From Takakia lepidozioides (lineage: Eukaryota; Plantae; Bryophyta), in the NCBI GenBank assembly GCA_030704615.1, contig CM060733.1, positions 37,696,001 to 37,760,000 on the forward strand: a stretch of 64,000 bases of DNA, read 5' to 3'. This document shows positions 37,101 to 48,544 of the stretch, piece by piece (positions within the stretch are counted from its first letter, which is position 1; each line of letters begins with the position of its first letter). The notes below the pieces were generated by a model. The model was not told the DNA's origin. It searched no databases and worked only from the letters and a program-made list of their open reading frames with translations. Both the position numbers and the translations under genes were made by a program.

Positions 37101-40100
37101 TCTGACAAACATTCACTTTGGTACAATTCCAGCTCTGAAGATGTCGCCATGTGGACCTCTTTCCCCTTTTCCAAAGCTGCCAGGGCAGTGTTCAGATTGA
37201 CATTTGGTACAATTCCAGCTTTGATGATATCCCCATGCACCTCTTTGCCTTGTCCAGGCCCGCTGCTAGGCTTGCACAAGCATTGCAAATGCACACAAAC
37301 ATGATGTGCTTCCATTGCTCATAGGGCTCCAAAGCCTCCATTCCACATCCCTGCTGTGCATACCCTTCAAGCACATCATATCGCACTCCACGACACCACA
37401 TGTCGTTCAGCCATAGTGTCAAACACTCCCTTTGCATCCTAGATACACCCACATTTTGCAAACATGTTCACCAAGGTATTGTTCAGAATGTCATTTGGTA
37501 CAATTCCAGCTCTAAAGATGTCGCCATGCACATCTTTCCTCATTTCCAAAGCTGCCAGGGCAGTGTTCAGATTGACATTTGGCACAATTCCAGCTTTGAT
37601 GATATCCCCATGCACCTCTTGCCCTTCTCCAGGGCTGCCAGGCTTGCACAACCATTGCAAATGCACACAAACATGATGTGCTTCCCCCATCATTTGCTCA
37701 TAGGTCTCCAAAGCCTCCATCGCACGTCCCTGCCGTGCATACCCTGCAAGCGTCGCACTCCACGACACCACATGTCGTTCAGCCATAGTGTCCAACACTC
37801 CCTTTGCATCCTAGATGCACCCACATTTTGCAAACATGTTCACCAGGGTATTGTTCACAATGACATCTGGTGCAATTCCAGCTCTGAAGATGTCGCCATG
37901 CACATCTTTCCCCATTTCCAAAGCTGCCAGAGCAGTGTTCAGATTGACATTTGGCACAATTCCAGCTTTGATGATATCCCCATGCACCTCTTGCCCTTCT
38001 CCAGGGCTGCCAGGCTTGCACAAGCATTGCAAATGCACACAAACATGATGTGCTTCCCCATCATTTGCTCATAGGTCTCCAAAGCCTCCCCCCACGTCCC
38101 TGCCGTGCATACCCTGCAAGCATCGCACTCCACGACACCACATGTCGTTCAACCATAGTGTCCAACACTCCCTTTGCATCCTAGATGCACCCACATTTTG
38201 CAAACATGTTCACCAGGGTATTGTTCAGAATGACATCTGGTGCAATTCCAGCTCTGAAGATGTCACCATGCACATCTTTCCCCATTTCCAAAGCTGCCAG
38301 GGCAGTGTTCAGATTGACATTTGGCACAATTCCAGCTTTGATGATCCCCATGCACCTCTGGCCCTTCTCCAGGGCTGCCAGGCTTGCACAAGCATTGCAA
38401 ATGCACACAAACATGATGTGCTTCCCCCATCATTTGCTCATAGGTCTCCAAAGCCTCCATCCCACGTCCCTGCCGTGCATACCCTGCAAGCATCGCACTC
38501 CACGACACCACATGTCGTTCAGCCATAGTGTCCAACACTCCCTTTGCATCCTAGATGCACCCACATTTTGCAAACATGTTCACCAGGGGTATTGTTCACA
38601 ATGACATCTGGTGCAATTCCAGCTCTGAAGATGTCGCCATGCACATCTTTCCCCATTTCCAAAGCTGCCAGAGCAGTGTTCAGATTGACATTTGGCACAA
38701 TTCCAGCTTTGATGATATCCCCATGCACCTCTTGCCCGTCTCCAGGGCTGCCAGGCTTGTACGAGCATTGCAAATGCACACAAACATGATGTGCTTCCCC
38801 CATCATTTGCTCATAGGTCTCCAAAGCCTCCATCGCACGTCCCTGCCGTGCATACCCTGCAAGCGTCGCACTCCACGACACCACATGTCGTTCAGCCATA
38901 GTGTCCAACACCCCTTTGCATCCTAGATGCACCCACATTTTGCAAACATGTTCACCAGGGTATTGTTCAGAATGTCATCTGGTGCAATTCCAGCTCTGAA
39001 GATGTCGCCGTGCACATCTTTCCCCATTTCCAAAGTTGCCAGGGCAGTGTTCAGATTGACATTTGGCACAATTCCAGCTTTGATGATATCCCCATGCACC
39101 CTTGCCCGTCTCCAGGGCTGCCAGGCTTGCACGAGCATTGCAAATGCACACAAACATGATGTGCTTCCCCCATCATTTGCTCATAGGTCTCCAAAGCCTC
39201 CATCCCACGTCCCTGCCGTGCATACCTTGCAAGCATCGCACTCCACGCCACCACATCTCGTTCAGCCATAGTGTCGAACACTCCCTTTGCATCCTAGATC
39301 CTAGATCCCTTTGCACCCACATTTTGCAAACATGTCCACCAAGGTATGGTTTAGAATGACATTTGGTACATTTCCAGCTCTGAAGATGTCGCCATGGACC
39401 TCTTTCCCCTTTTCCAGAGCTGCCAGGGCAGTGTTCATAATGACATTTGGTACATTCCACTTTGATGATACCCCATGCACCGCTTCGCCCTTGTCCAGGG
39501 CTCAATGCACCCACATTTTGCATACATGTCCACCAGGATATGGTTCAGAATGACATTTGGTACAGTTCCAGCTCTGAAGATGTCGCCATGGACATCTTTC
39601 CCCTTTTTCCAGAGCTGCCAGGGCAGTGTTCATAATGACATTGGGTACAATTCCAGCTTTGATGATACCCCATGCACCTCTTTGCCCTTGTCTAGGCTCG
39701 ATGCACCACATTTCGCATACATGTCCACCAGGGTATGGTTCAGACTGACATTTGGTACAATTCCAGCTCTGAAGATGTCGCCATGGACCTCTTTCCCCTT
39801 TTGTCCTTGTCCAGGGCTGTCAGGCTTGCACAAGCATTGCAAATGCACACACAAACACGATGTGGTTGGGCTTCACCCCTTCGCGCATTTGCTCACAGGT
39901 CTCCAAAGCATTCGTACCATGCCCATGCTTGGTAATCCTGCCAACATTATATTCCATGTGATTAAAGATCGTTGAGGCATTCTGTGTTGAACACTTGGTG
40001 ATCATCCATGATGCTCCCCTTAACATACATGTTGACAAGGTTGTTGAGTAGAAAAACGTTCGACGTGAATCCACTTTGGACAATGTGAGTGTGCACCTGC

Positions 40101-40640
40101 TTTCCAACTTCTAGGCCTTTCATCTTGATGCACTTATGCAAGAGACACACATACGTATCTACATCTGCTGAAATGCCTCTGTTTAAAATCTGTAGAGCCT
40201 CTTTCAGTCTGCCTGCCTCATAAACATGCCCATAAGTGCCATAAGAGGCATTGTGGACTCCCTCTCTTGATCCTCTTCCAGAAGCTGTGGTCATGGTTGA
40301 GGTGCCTGATTTTATCAACTGTACCGCTTCCAGCTGCCGCTTCCAGCTGACCATGTACCCATGGAGGTTTCTTGTAGCTATCCTTCCACAGGGATCCATA
40401 GGTAATCTGGAGCTTGAAATCCGACCCTCTTGGATGAATATGGACCCACACTCTATCATGCTCCTTCAGCTATCACTGCCTTTGCACAAATCATGCATAC
40501 ATCCTTGCCTTGTTGCCAATGCGATCATCGCACTCCACGACACCACATCTCGTTGAGCCACAGTCGAACACTACCTTCGCATCGTCAATGCTCCCGCATT
40601 CAGCATATATGTCCACCAGGGCGGTGTTCAGAACGACAAA
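34200..40640 (-). pseudogene. Decayed, segmentally duplicated PLS-class PPR gene(s) fused with OSB-type PDF motifs
   Basis: PPR motifs (NTLVNMYVKCGSIMDARQ, VVSWNAMLAGYAQ, GVKPNHIT, LEKGKEVH) with many stops and frameshifts. Repeated PDF-motif halves 'EKLWNEY..DPSQWWNNPGKK' / 'IHPRGPDFKLQIT.DS.W.NSYKKPKWVDGQL'. The same lead-in 'GSREGVHNA..GHVKMLCEAGRLKEAL' occurs three times (~35900, ~36950, ~40230). Confidence 0.85.
37110..39340 (-). repeat. ~6 tandem copies of a 370-372-bp PPR-derived unit
   Basis: The anchor ccacattttgcaaacatg recurs at 37449, 37821, 38191, 38561, 38933 and ~39317. Shorter derived repeats continue to ~39860. Confidence 0.95.
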
Positions 40641-41030
40641 CCCTACAAGCTGGACCATGGACCTTCCATGTCACTTCCAAGTGGAGGCAATACATATTAA
40701 AATATCTATTCCCCCAAGGCCACATTTTCTTTACATGTTCTTGTGAAACACACGTCAGCAAATGTGGCCCCGAATCACGGGTGCAATCAATGCGTAGTGG
40801 TTCATGGAGTCGTTGAGTCGACTACATATTCACTTTAATGAATAAATATCTTTATTCCATTAATCAAATTATGAATGAAAATTTCTAGTCGCATGTGCAG
40901 TAATTAGAACCACTTGGAATTTCCGTTTTTTCAAATTTTATGTATTTCCGTAATTAATTAAATAGCCCGGATTTTTGCTACGACTCCGGAGTCGTTGACC
41001 CCACTTCTGCCCGCCGTCTGAAATGCCCCC

Positions 41031-42350
41031 GTGGGCCCACATTGTCCGTTTCGACTCTCCAGTAGTCCCGCTTACTGCCAAGTGGTTCCCGGAGTGGTTG
41101 GCGGACACCCAGTCGATTCGGAAAAGACACGAATGCTTCTAGTGGAGGTATCTAGTTTGGTCATGGGCTGTGGATTATACTATGCTGCTTGTTTCATTGC
41201 ACGTTATTACATTGAGCAGCAGAAGATGCAGTCAAGATTTCTGAGTTATTCCACTGGGGATCATTGGGTCTTACCTTCAGTTCCACCCCATATGTATCTG
41301 TATGATGTGAAAGTCATGTTGCATAAGGATTCCCAACTTCGTTCATGGTTTAATTTGGCTTGAAACAACTTGGCCAAAGAAAAATTGGGCCCTGACGATA
41401 TTTTTTATAAGGGACATGAAGCCTGGAAATACTTACACTGTTCCAAAGTCATTGGCACACCTCTCACCTATACGGACAAGGAATTCAGGGAGTACACTCA
41501 TTTTGCTTGCAAGCGATTGATGCAAGTAGTACAGTTTAAGCTTCCGGACATGGTGAGCCAACAATGTACGTCACGCAGGATTCCTGAGACGCCCAAGAAG
41601 ATCAGACCACCGAAAGGCCGAAGGGGTGAAGATGATTCTGATACTACTGGTTCAGTGGTGGGTGATTTTGACATGGTTGAGGAGTATGAATTAGCAATGG
41701 CGGACAAAAGACGACGGGGATCTCCTATACCACAACATTTACCTCTTTCTCAAACTAACGCAGGGTTGGCAGTTCCAGCTAGTCGACACTCATCTCCACC
41801 AACCACTGACAGGGCTCGGGCTCGCACACAGAGCCCTCCAAGGGACTCTCACCGACAGAAGGGTGCTGCTAATCCTAAACAGTAAACCGTGAGGACACGG
41901 CTTTTTGAGAGGGGGAGGGGTAATGTTAGAGGGCTATTTGGGACTTAGACACTTTTACGGGTTATGTGGGGTACTCTTAATTTTTGCACAGACTTACGAA
42001 TGGTACACTTGGACCAGCATAGGCCTTAGGGGTGGTAGACAGGCTTACACAGTCAGTCACAGCATTACACAACTTGACACAACTTGATACAGCTTGTCAC
42101 AGTCTGACACAGCCTTACACAGCCTATTACAGTCTATCACAGCCCGACACAGCTTGGCACAGCCCGTCACAACGTACATAGGGAACGGTTATCACTGGTA
42201 GGGAACGACTGTGTGGGAACGACATCTGCAGAAGGAATGTGATTACTTCTTGGGTGACAGTTAGTTAGTTAGGCGGTTAGAACAGCTTGCATATAGATTA
42301 GGCAGAGGACACTTTGGGGATGACACTTGGGGGGAGGACACGTCGGGAGA
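41031..42350 (+). mobile_element. 3' end of a Ty3/gypsy-like LTR retrotransposon: unknown ORF, PPT, start of 3' LTR
   Basis: Small hairpin accgtgaggacacgg, then polypurine tract GAGAGGGGGAGGGG (41907-41920), then TGTTAG at 41924. The LTR contains a 10-bp-period repeat and appears truncated near 42350. Confidence 0.55.
42050..42175. repeat. Degenerate 10-bp minisatellite (consensus ~ACAGCTTGAC)
   Basis: acagcattac-acaacttgac-acaacttgat-acagcttgtc-acagtctgac-acagccttac-acagcctatt-acagtctatc-acagcccgac-acagcttggc-acagcccgtc. Confidence 0.85.
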
Positions 42351-42563
42351 TCAGGATTTAGCCTTAAAAAACAATGATTTGTGTCTCTGGATCCAGAACA
42401 CCCAAACCCCCCTGTATTTTTGGTAGGCATATTTGGCTCCAGGCCACCTGAGGTCTTTTCTTTTGGTTAGAAGACTCCGCTTCCCATATAAAATTCCTTG
42501 TAAGGCGTTTGATCTCTTTGGATAAGCATTTGGCAGGCTTGGGGGAGACTTCGGAAGTTCCAT

Positions 42564-44430
42564 TTGAAAGATGAACCGGCGGGTTTCTATGAAATTCTCA
42601 GGCAACACCTATTCCTCAATTCCTCTACTCCTTCTACAATCCAAAAGAGCCAAGCAAGCCACTGGTCTCAATGGGACCGTAAGGGCATTAGCCAGGTCAA
42701 TGACATCTGCTCTAACAACAACATCAGGAGCATGGAATCCATAGAGGAGTTGGTGGGCAAACCCACAACTGTTCGCGGTTACAATGACATCCTACAGACT
42801 ATGCCTCCCTCTTGGTTGTCCTGCCTTCGTGATGGTGCACCCAACCCCAGCTGATCCAGTCAATGGGCCCTCACATTATTGCATGGAAGCCTCGCTGTGG
42901 TCTTCATCCAAGACTCTTCTCCTCAAGGCCATGTGCTATTTTCCTTCGGCATTGACTTGACCTCGCTGACCCTCAATCTCCTCAGCAGACAGCCAACAAC
43001 ACCCCCCCATCCCGCTCACCCCAATTAGAGTATGTTGTTGGTCCGACCCCTTAAAACCTTTCAACCCTCAGCCCCCCCTAACTGAGCCAGTCATACAATG
43101 GTTGGCATCCAGTACATTTGTCTAGATCTTGGGAAGACCGCTGGTAGATCAAATGGATATTGACCCTTCCGAGTGGTCTTGGAAGTTTGCTAGATCCCCA
43201 ATCTATTCTTTCTTCATTTATACCACCAAAAAGGGTTATAGATCACTGCTGGATCACCTTCCTATGGTTTCAAAATGGGAGCAAAGATGGGAATTTCACG
43301 GTTTTCGCCAAGAGACGTGGTCTGCCATCTGGGGGTCAGTCTGGATAAAAACTCGGCCAACAAAAATTTCCGCATTCTTGTGGCAGCTAGTGAACAAAGT
43401 TCTAAAGGTGGGAGAATGGCTCCAATTCGACAATGCTTTACTCTGTCGGTGCTATTCTGCAGGGATCCTAGGGACTATTGAACATTGCTTACTCTACTGT
43501 CATGCTCCTGTCACTGTCTAGCCATGGATAAAATTCTTCTGACAGTCACTGGAACCCAAAAAACCTGTCTCCGCTTGATCTTCTTCTTAACTATGACAAA
43601 GTCCATAAGAAGAGATCTCTTACCTACCAAGTGATCGAGACCCTTAGAGCCTCCACATTGTGGTACCTCTGGAAGGCTCGTTGCAGGAAAACCTTTGATG
43701 GAGAAACGGCTATAGTATCCTCCCTACTAACCTGTGTTTTCTACGATCTTGGAACTGAGTCTAGGAAAGCTTGGGCCACCCCGTTCTGCAGAAATCATGC
43801 AAAGACCGAGGGAAGCGGCCTCAATCCATGCGACATTCCAAAATAGCTGGGGAAGGCACGAGTTCATATGCCACAGTCCCTCGCCTGATCTCTGTGTTTG
43901 GACCAAGCTCCCACCTGCGATCTGGCGAGATCATTGTGCACCCCTCCACGATGTCCCCCGAGTTCGACCGGGATATTAACTGGAAACATCTAAAACCATC
44001 CTCAGTTCCCTCGCGTTTGCACTATAGATAGGCCTCAGCCATTTTAGGAAGTCAAATCTGACATTATTAGGCCCCCCTTGGCTTCCTCAGAATTTAAGTT
44101 AGAAAGAACATGTCACTATGACTATGGTTGACTGTGCTTTATGTCAGAAATTTATGGGGGTGGTATTAGTTCCACTCCTTCATAGATTGCAATTGTGTTC
44201 CTTGGCATGCACTTCGGTGCAGTGCTGATAGAGTTTAAGTTAGGAAAGCTTATTTGCAGGCTTAAAGTGCTGCTAGTCAGAATGTTCTGCTTTCGCCCAT
44301 GAAGGGAGTAGGGTTTCGATCTTCACTGACTACGGTGTGTGTGCCTTATGGCGTAATAGGGGTTTTAATTTTTTTTCCCAAATAACTTCAATCCCCCTGT
44401 TCTGTAAAATAAATAAATAAAAATAAAAAC
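42564..44430 (+). mobile_element. Degenerate L1-clade LINE 3' fragment (zf-RVT region, A-rich tail)
   Basis: 'WSAIWGSVWIKTRPTKISAFLWQLVNKVLKVG...CRC...GTIEHCLLYC' and 'LWYLWKARCRKTFDG'; A-rich run at ~44406-44430. Confidence 0.75.
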
Positions 44431-44704
44431 ACAAACAAAACTGTTACGATCAGCTTGAAACTCAATGTAATATTAAACAATAGCATAAAATTTGGATTTA
44501 TACATTTTATTCTCTTATCTCCCATCAAATGGAAGTAATGACGACTATGTTTTCAATGAGATCTCACAATTAATCTGAACCATCATGTCTCTCTGGCCTT
44601 TTCCCTCCCCTTAAATTTCATATTTATCATATTTGACATTATATGTTTTGTAATGTGTGAACAATTCCATGTATTGCTAGTCAATGTAACACCATGATTC
44701 CATT

Positions 44705-46763
44705 TTAGTAGTCATCATAATCATCATCATCGAAGTCTTTTGGAGGAGGTGGAGTCGGAGGAGGTTCTACATAATGACCCGGATATTCTTGAATGACCAT
44801 AAGCGTGAATTTGGGATCCACTAACACGGTGATCTCATGCTTCAAACTTTTAATTCGGATCATTTGCAAATCATTTTTTGGGTCTAGTTCACGCACTGCG
44901 CTCCGTGACATAATAGCTAAGGCGGGAATCTCGATTGCATATTGTACGGCTTGTTCTTCCTGCTATACATAAATTATAGAATATATTTATTACTAGTGTA
45001 ACAATAATAAAAACTAATTTAAAGAGCAAGAAAATCAACCATCAAACCTATTTTCCAACAGTTTTTGTTGAAAATGCATTAAGAAATAAAAATTGTGACA
45101 TCGTAGTAAAACCATTCTTACATGATCGTCAGGTGTGGCATGTGCCATTGAGCACATATTGTACCGTCATTTTACTAAGTATAAGCCACACCGTAGGTCG
45201 AATTTAGAAAACCACCTTGATGCACCCTAGGCTACTGATCGAGGGCTTTCCAGCGGTATTAAGAACCAAGGCGGAGGCCTTGCGGTTTGGGAGATCTCAA
45301 CGTGACAAACAAAACAAAACAAACAAACTACCTTGCTTAACATATTGATTATGAATTGTTCATATGAAACAAACAAATAATTATGTAAGTTTTTTCATTG
45401 TATCAGATTAATAATCTATTTTTTACTACTCTATGTGTGGATATGAGATATTTATATATTTGTTAATGTAGTGCATATGTGATCACAAGGTTGGGACAAG
45501 AAACATAGAATTATAGTGTGCAATGATAATTTACTTTACATGCCTAATTGTCATGATCATTTATCAGTAAAATAGCATTAATATAGAAAAACAATTGTAA
45601 CAAATATTACTAGCTATGCATGCCCTAAATTATCTTTTAGTCCCTTCAATAATATAAATATTTGATTGAAAATTATATAAAACTTCTAGTAGAAATGCTT
45701 TTGGTGAAGACCACAATATTGCTTTAGATAAATTATTATAGAAATTGTAGTCCAAATACTTACATCCGCAATTGTGGAGCGCAAGATGTTGCCATCATTG
45801 TCAATGATGATGAGACCTACTACATCCTGCATTTATATATATTAGATCATTTTTCGGTCACCATTTTCTAGCTCTTCATTCTAGATTCGACATTGGATCA
45901 TCATGAGATTCTTCATAAATTTTTGATTAAACCATTTAATCAAGTTCTCATAGCTTTTAGACTTTTGATTTAAGATGCAAGAAATTAGACAAATTCATAT
46001 TCAAACTTCACAATGCATACAAGAAGTGACTCTTCCAAAAGGGAGCTTATATTATAGTGTCTTTTCATCCCTAAGTATTATTGCCTTATGTTGGAAAGTG
46101 GACACTTTGAACCCTATATCACCTATGTTATGCACAAGCAAGGCACAAACACCCAACTACCGGACTACTTGTTGAAGTGCAATGAGTACATATTGAGTAT
46201 ATTTTAGCAATATTATGTATCAATCCTCATATTTAAGGTAATATTGGTTTATAGTTGATTAGTGTTTTTTGTTTCACTTTTCCAAAATCGCCACAAAGGG
46301 CCACATATAAATTCTACCCGGCGCCCATGTGGCGAGTATAACGAGGTGGAAGGGTTAGAAAATTGGCTATAGAACAGGTGCCACATTTTAACAGGTCCAC
46401 GTAGGAAAATCTGGCTCCTGACATTGAACCATTGGCGCTTTTTGGCGAAGTTTTTGTTTTTTACTCCCATAATTCCTTTGTAAAAGTAGCTAGCCCATTT
46501 TCCAGGTTGAAATCCAGCGATTTTTTGCCAGATTTAAAAACACTGCCGTTGATAACACAAACATAGGGACACAAACCGAAAATAAAACTGAGAAGATTAC
46601 AAAATCTTGTACAGAGGATTGACAAAATTTTGTGCTAGCTACTACATGTACATCGAAAGCAAACTCAACCTACTTGACATAGAATAATAATAATTTAAAA
46701 AACAAGGTATGTAGTATTTACCTTAAAGCTGAGTATTCTTTTCAAGGCTATCTCCATATCAGT
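44705..46763 (-). CDS. Dynein light chain roadblock/LC7; exons 46763-46722, 45826-45764, 44962(or 44959)-44705 (initiator ATG either at 46757 or in an unlocated upstream micro-exon)
   Basis: Spliced product TDMEIALKRILSFK|DVVGLIIIDNDGNILRSTIAD|QEEQAVQYAIEIPALAIMSRSAVRELDPKNDLQMIRIKSLKHEITVLVDPKFTLMVIQ matches roadblock (VEETLKRIQSHKGV.G...STMD...ARS.VRD.DPQNDL.FLRIRSKK.EIMVAPD...LIVIQ). All junctions are phase 0 and GT-AG. Confidence 0.88.
45130..45348 (-). mobile_element. Possible small non-autonomous Helitron-like element in a roadblock intron
   Basis: GC-richer island within an AT-rich intron. The minus strand begins a|TCAATATGTTAAGCAAGGTAGTTTG and ends near the hairpin TGGCACATGCCA; no clean CTRR end. 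Confidence 0.3.
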
Positions 46764-47272
46764 CTACCTTGCACATATTAGCAAAAACACACAATATTCT
46801 TCAAACATGCATTATGATTATGAAGTAAAAAGTCTGTGAAACCACAACAATTTCAATCTATTTCGAACAAACGAGACAAGGAAAAGGTGACAAATTTGTA
46901 GCACAGGTATAATCCAAATGATTATTTCTATAAAAGTTATCATATTCCAGCATGAATTGGAATATACTAGCCTTAATGGGTCAATGATCTAGTTAACATG
47001 ATTATTCCACCTCAATCCAGAAATTAAATTTGTGTGAAACAAATCCATATTCCATTCACTTCCACATGACTCAAAGTTTATCTAATAGTACACATCTAAC
47101 GTAAGTAAAAGCGATTTGAATTATGGATTGAATTTGGTGTTTATGTTTCAAATTACATTATTTTAATCATAATTGGGTTTAATTCATAAGAGAAGAACCA
47201 TGATGCAAATCGATGATGCAAATAGCCAATTTGTCTACAATCTTGAGCAGTTTGACCACAACAAATTGTCAT

Positions 47273-48517
47273 AACCATATGGTACACCTAGTAAATGGAT
47301 GAATGTTTTACTAGTATTGGATGTGTTAGAACTCCAAAAAAATTAAGCTTTAACTGAGTTATATTATTTATTTTATGATATATGGTACGATATTATGTTA
47401 TTATGGTATGATATTTCAAAAACCAGAATAATTGAGATAGGGGTCGGCGATCTTTTGAAGACCGGAGTTTAACCCCTAATGGACGACGCGACCCGAAATC
47501 AGAAATCGATTTGCCACGATGGCAAATCGTTGGATGACCTCGGATGAAAAACCTTTCTGAATGAAAGTTGTGCACCGTGATGTCATGCACCTGCCTGGCT
47601 TTACGGCACTTAAAATAATAAAAGCACTGCCATCAGTAAGTTTTTTAGTGTGCAGGGGTACCCAATTCAGGGCCCTCCAGCAACTTTGACCTACCGACGT
47701 GGCACGATATGGGTGGCTGTACCAAGAAAAATTCATTTTGCATGTAGATACGTTAGAAAATGCATCTATGCATGTAGATAGGTTAGAATGCTTCTAAATT
47801 TTTTGTGGTAGTGAGTTTCCACGCAAGGAACAATATGACGAGAGGAATTCACATTGTGATGAAAATTTGGGCACATTACATGCAGATTTGGGGTCAATTG
47901 TAATGGATGGTCTTTTTGACCCTCATGTGGTTTTGGAATTTGGTTTTGGAATTTTGGCGCAAGGTGTTGTACATGCCAGGCAATTAGAATGTGGGTATGC
48001 TGTATCAATGAAAATTCATTTTGCCAGGCCAATTGCTTGGTCAAACCATTTTTTCACTCCAAAACTAGAGCACAATAAAAATTTATAGCTTGCATTTTTG
48101 TTATAATCTTCGTAATGACATGGTGAAATCAACTGAAATTTTTACAGTAGGTTCCTGAAGTAGGTAGGATTACTTTCATACGGTTCATCCCCCTGGATGT
48201 TTGTCAAATGTCAAATATGCCCTCCAACATGAGGGCATGTTCCGGTTTGGAATGGGCCCACCAAAAACGGGCTCGTCCTTTAGGGGTTAAGTTAGAGGTC
48301 TCTTTTCATTGGGTTTGTTGGGGTTGGGAGTCCTAACTCCTAATAAGCCGGCCGGTGAGTAGTTGGATGAATTGTTCCCAGGTTTCTTTTTATGTGAAAG
48401 AAAAAGAAAGAGAAAAAAAGTGAAACCATATGGTACACCTAGTAAATGGATGAATGTTTTATACTATTGGATGTGTTAGAACTCCAAAAAATTTAAACTT
48501 TAACTGAGTTATATTAT
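47273..48517. repeat. ~95-bp dispersed direct duplication (47273-47368 and 48424-48517)
   Basis: aaccatatggtacacctagtaaatggatgaatgtttta...ggatgtgttagaactccaaaaaa...ctttaactgagttatattat is present twice. Confidence 0.85.
47473..48286. mobile_element. piggyBac-like non-autonomous element (MITE), 814 bp
   Basis: TTAA at 47469-47472 and 48287-48290. TIRs CCCCTAATGGACGA / TCGTCCTTTAGGGG (13/14 match) with CCC...GGG termini. No transposase ORF. Confidence 0.7.
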
Positions 48518-48544
48518 CTATTGAAATAATTCTAGTATTGAGTG

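Noticed and set aside
37110-39340. Regular repeats as a CRISPR-like array, or stops repaired by U-to-C editing
   Set aside because: The units are contiguous PPR-derived tandem copies with no unique spacers. U-to-C editing acts on organellar transcripts and cannot fix the frameshifts.
44270-44345. B-box-like GGTTTCGATC suggesting a tRNA or tRNA-derived SINE
   Set aside because: No cloverleaf or convincing A-box; probably part of the L1 3' UTR.
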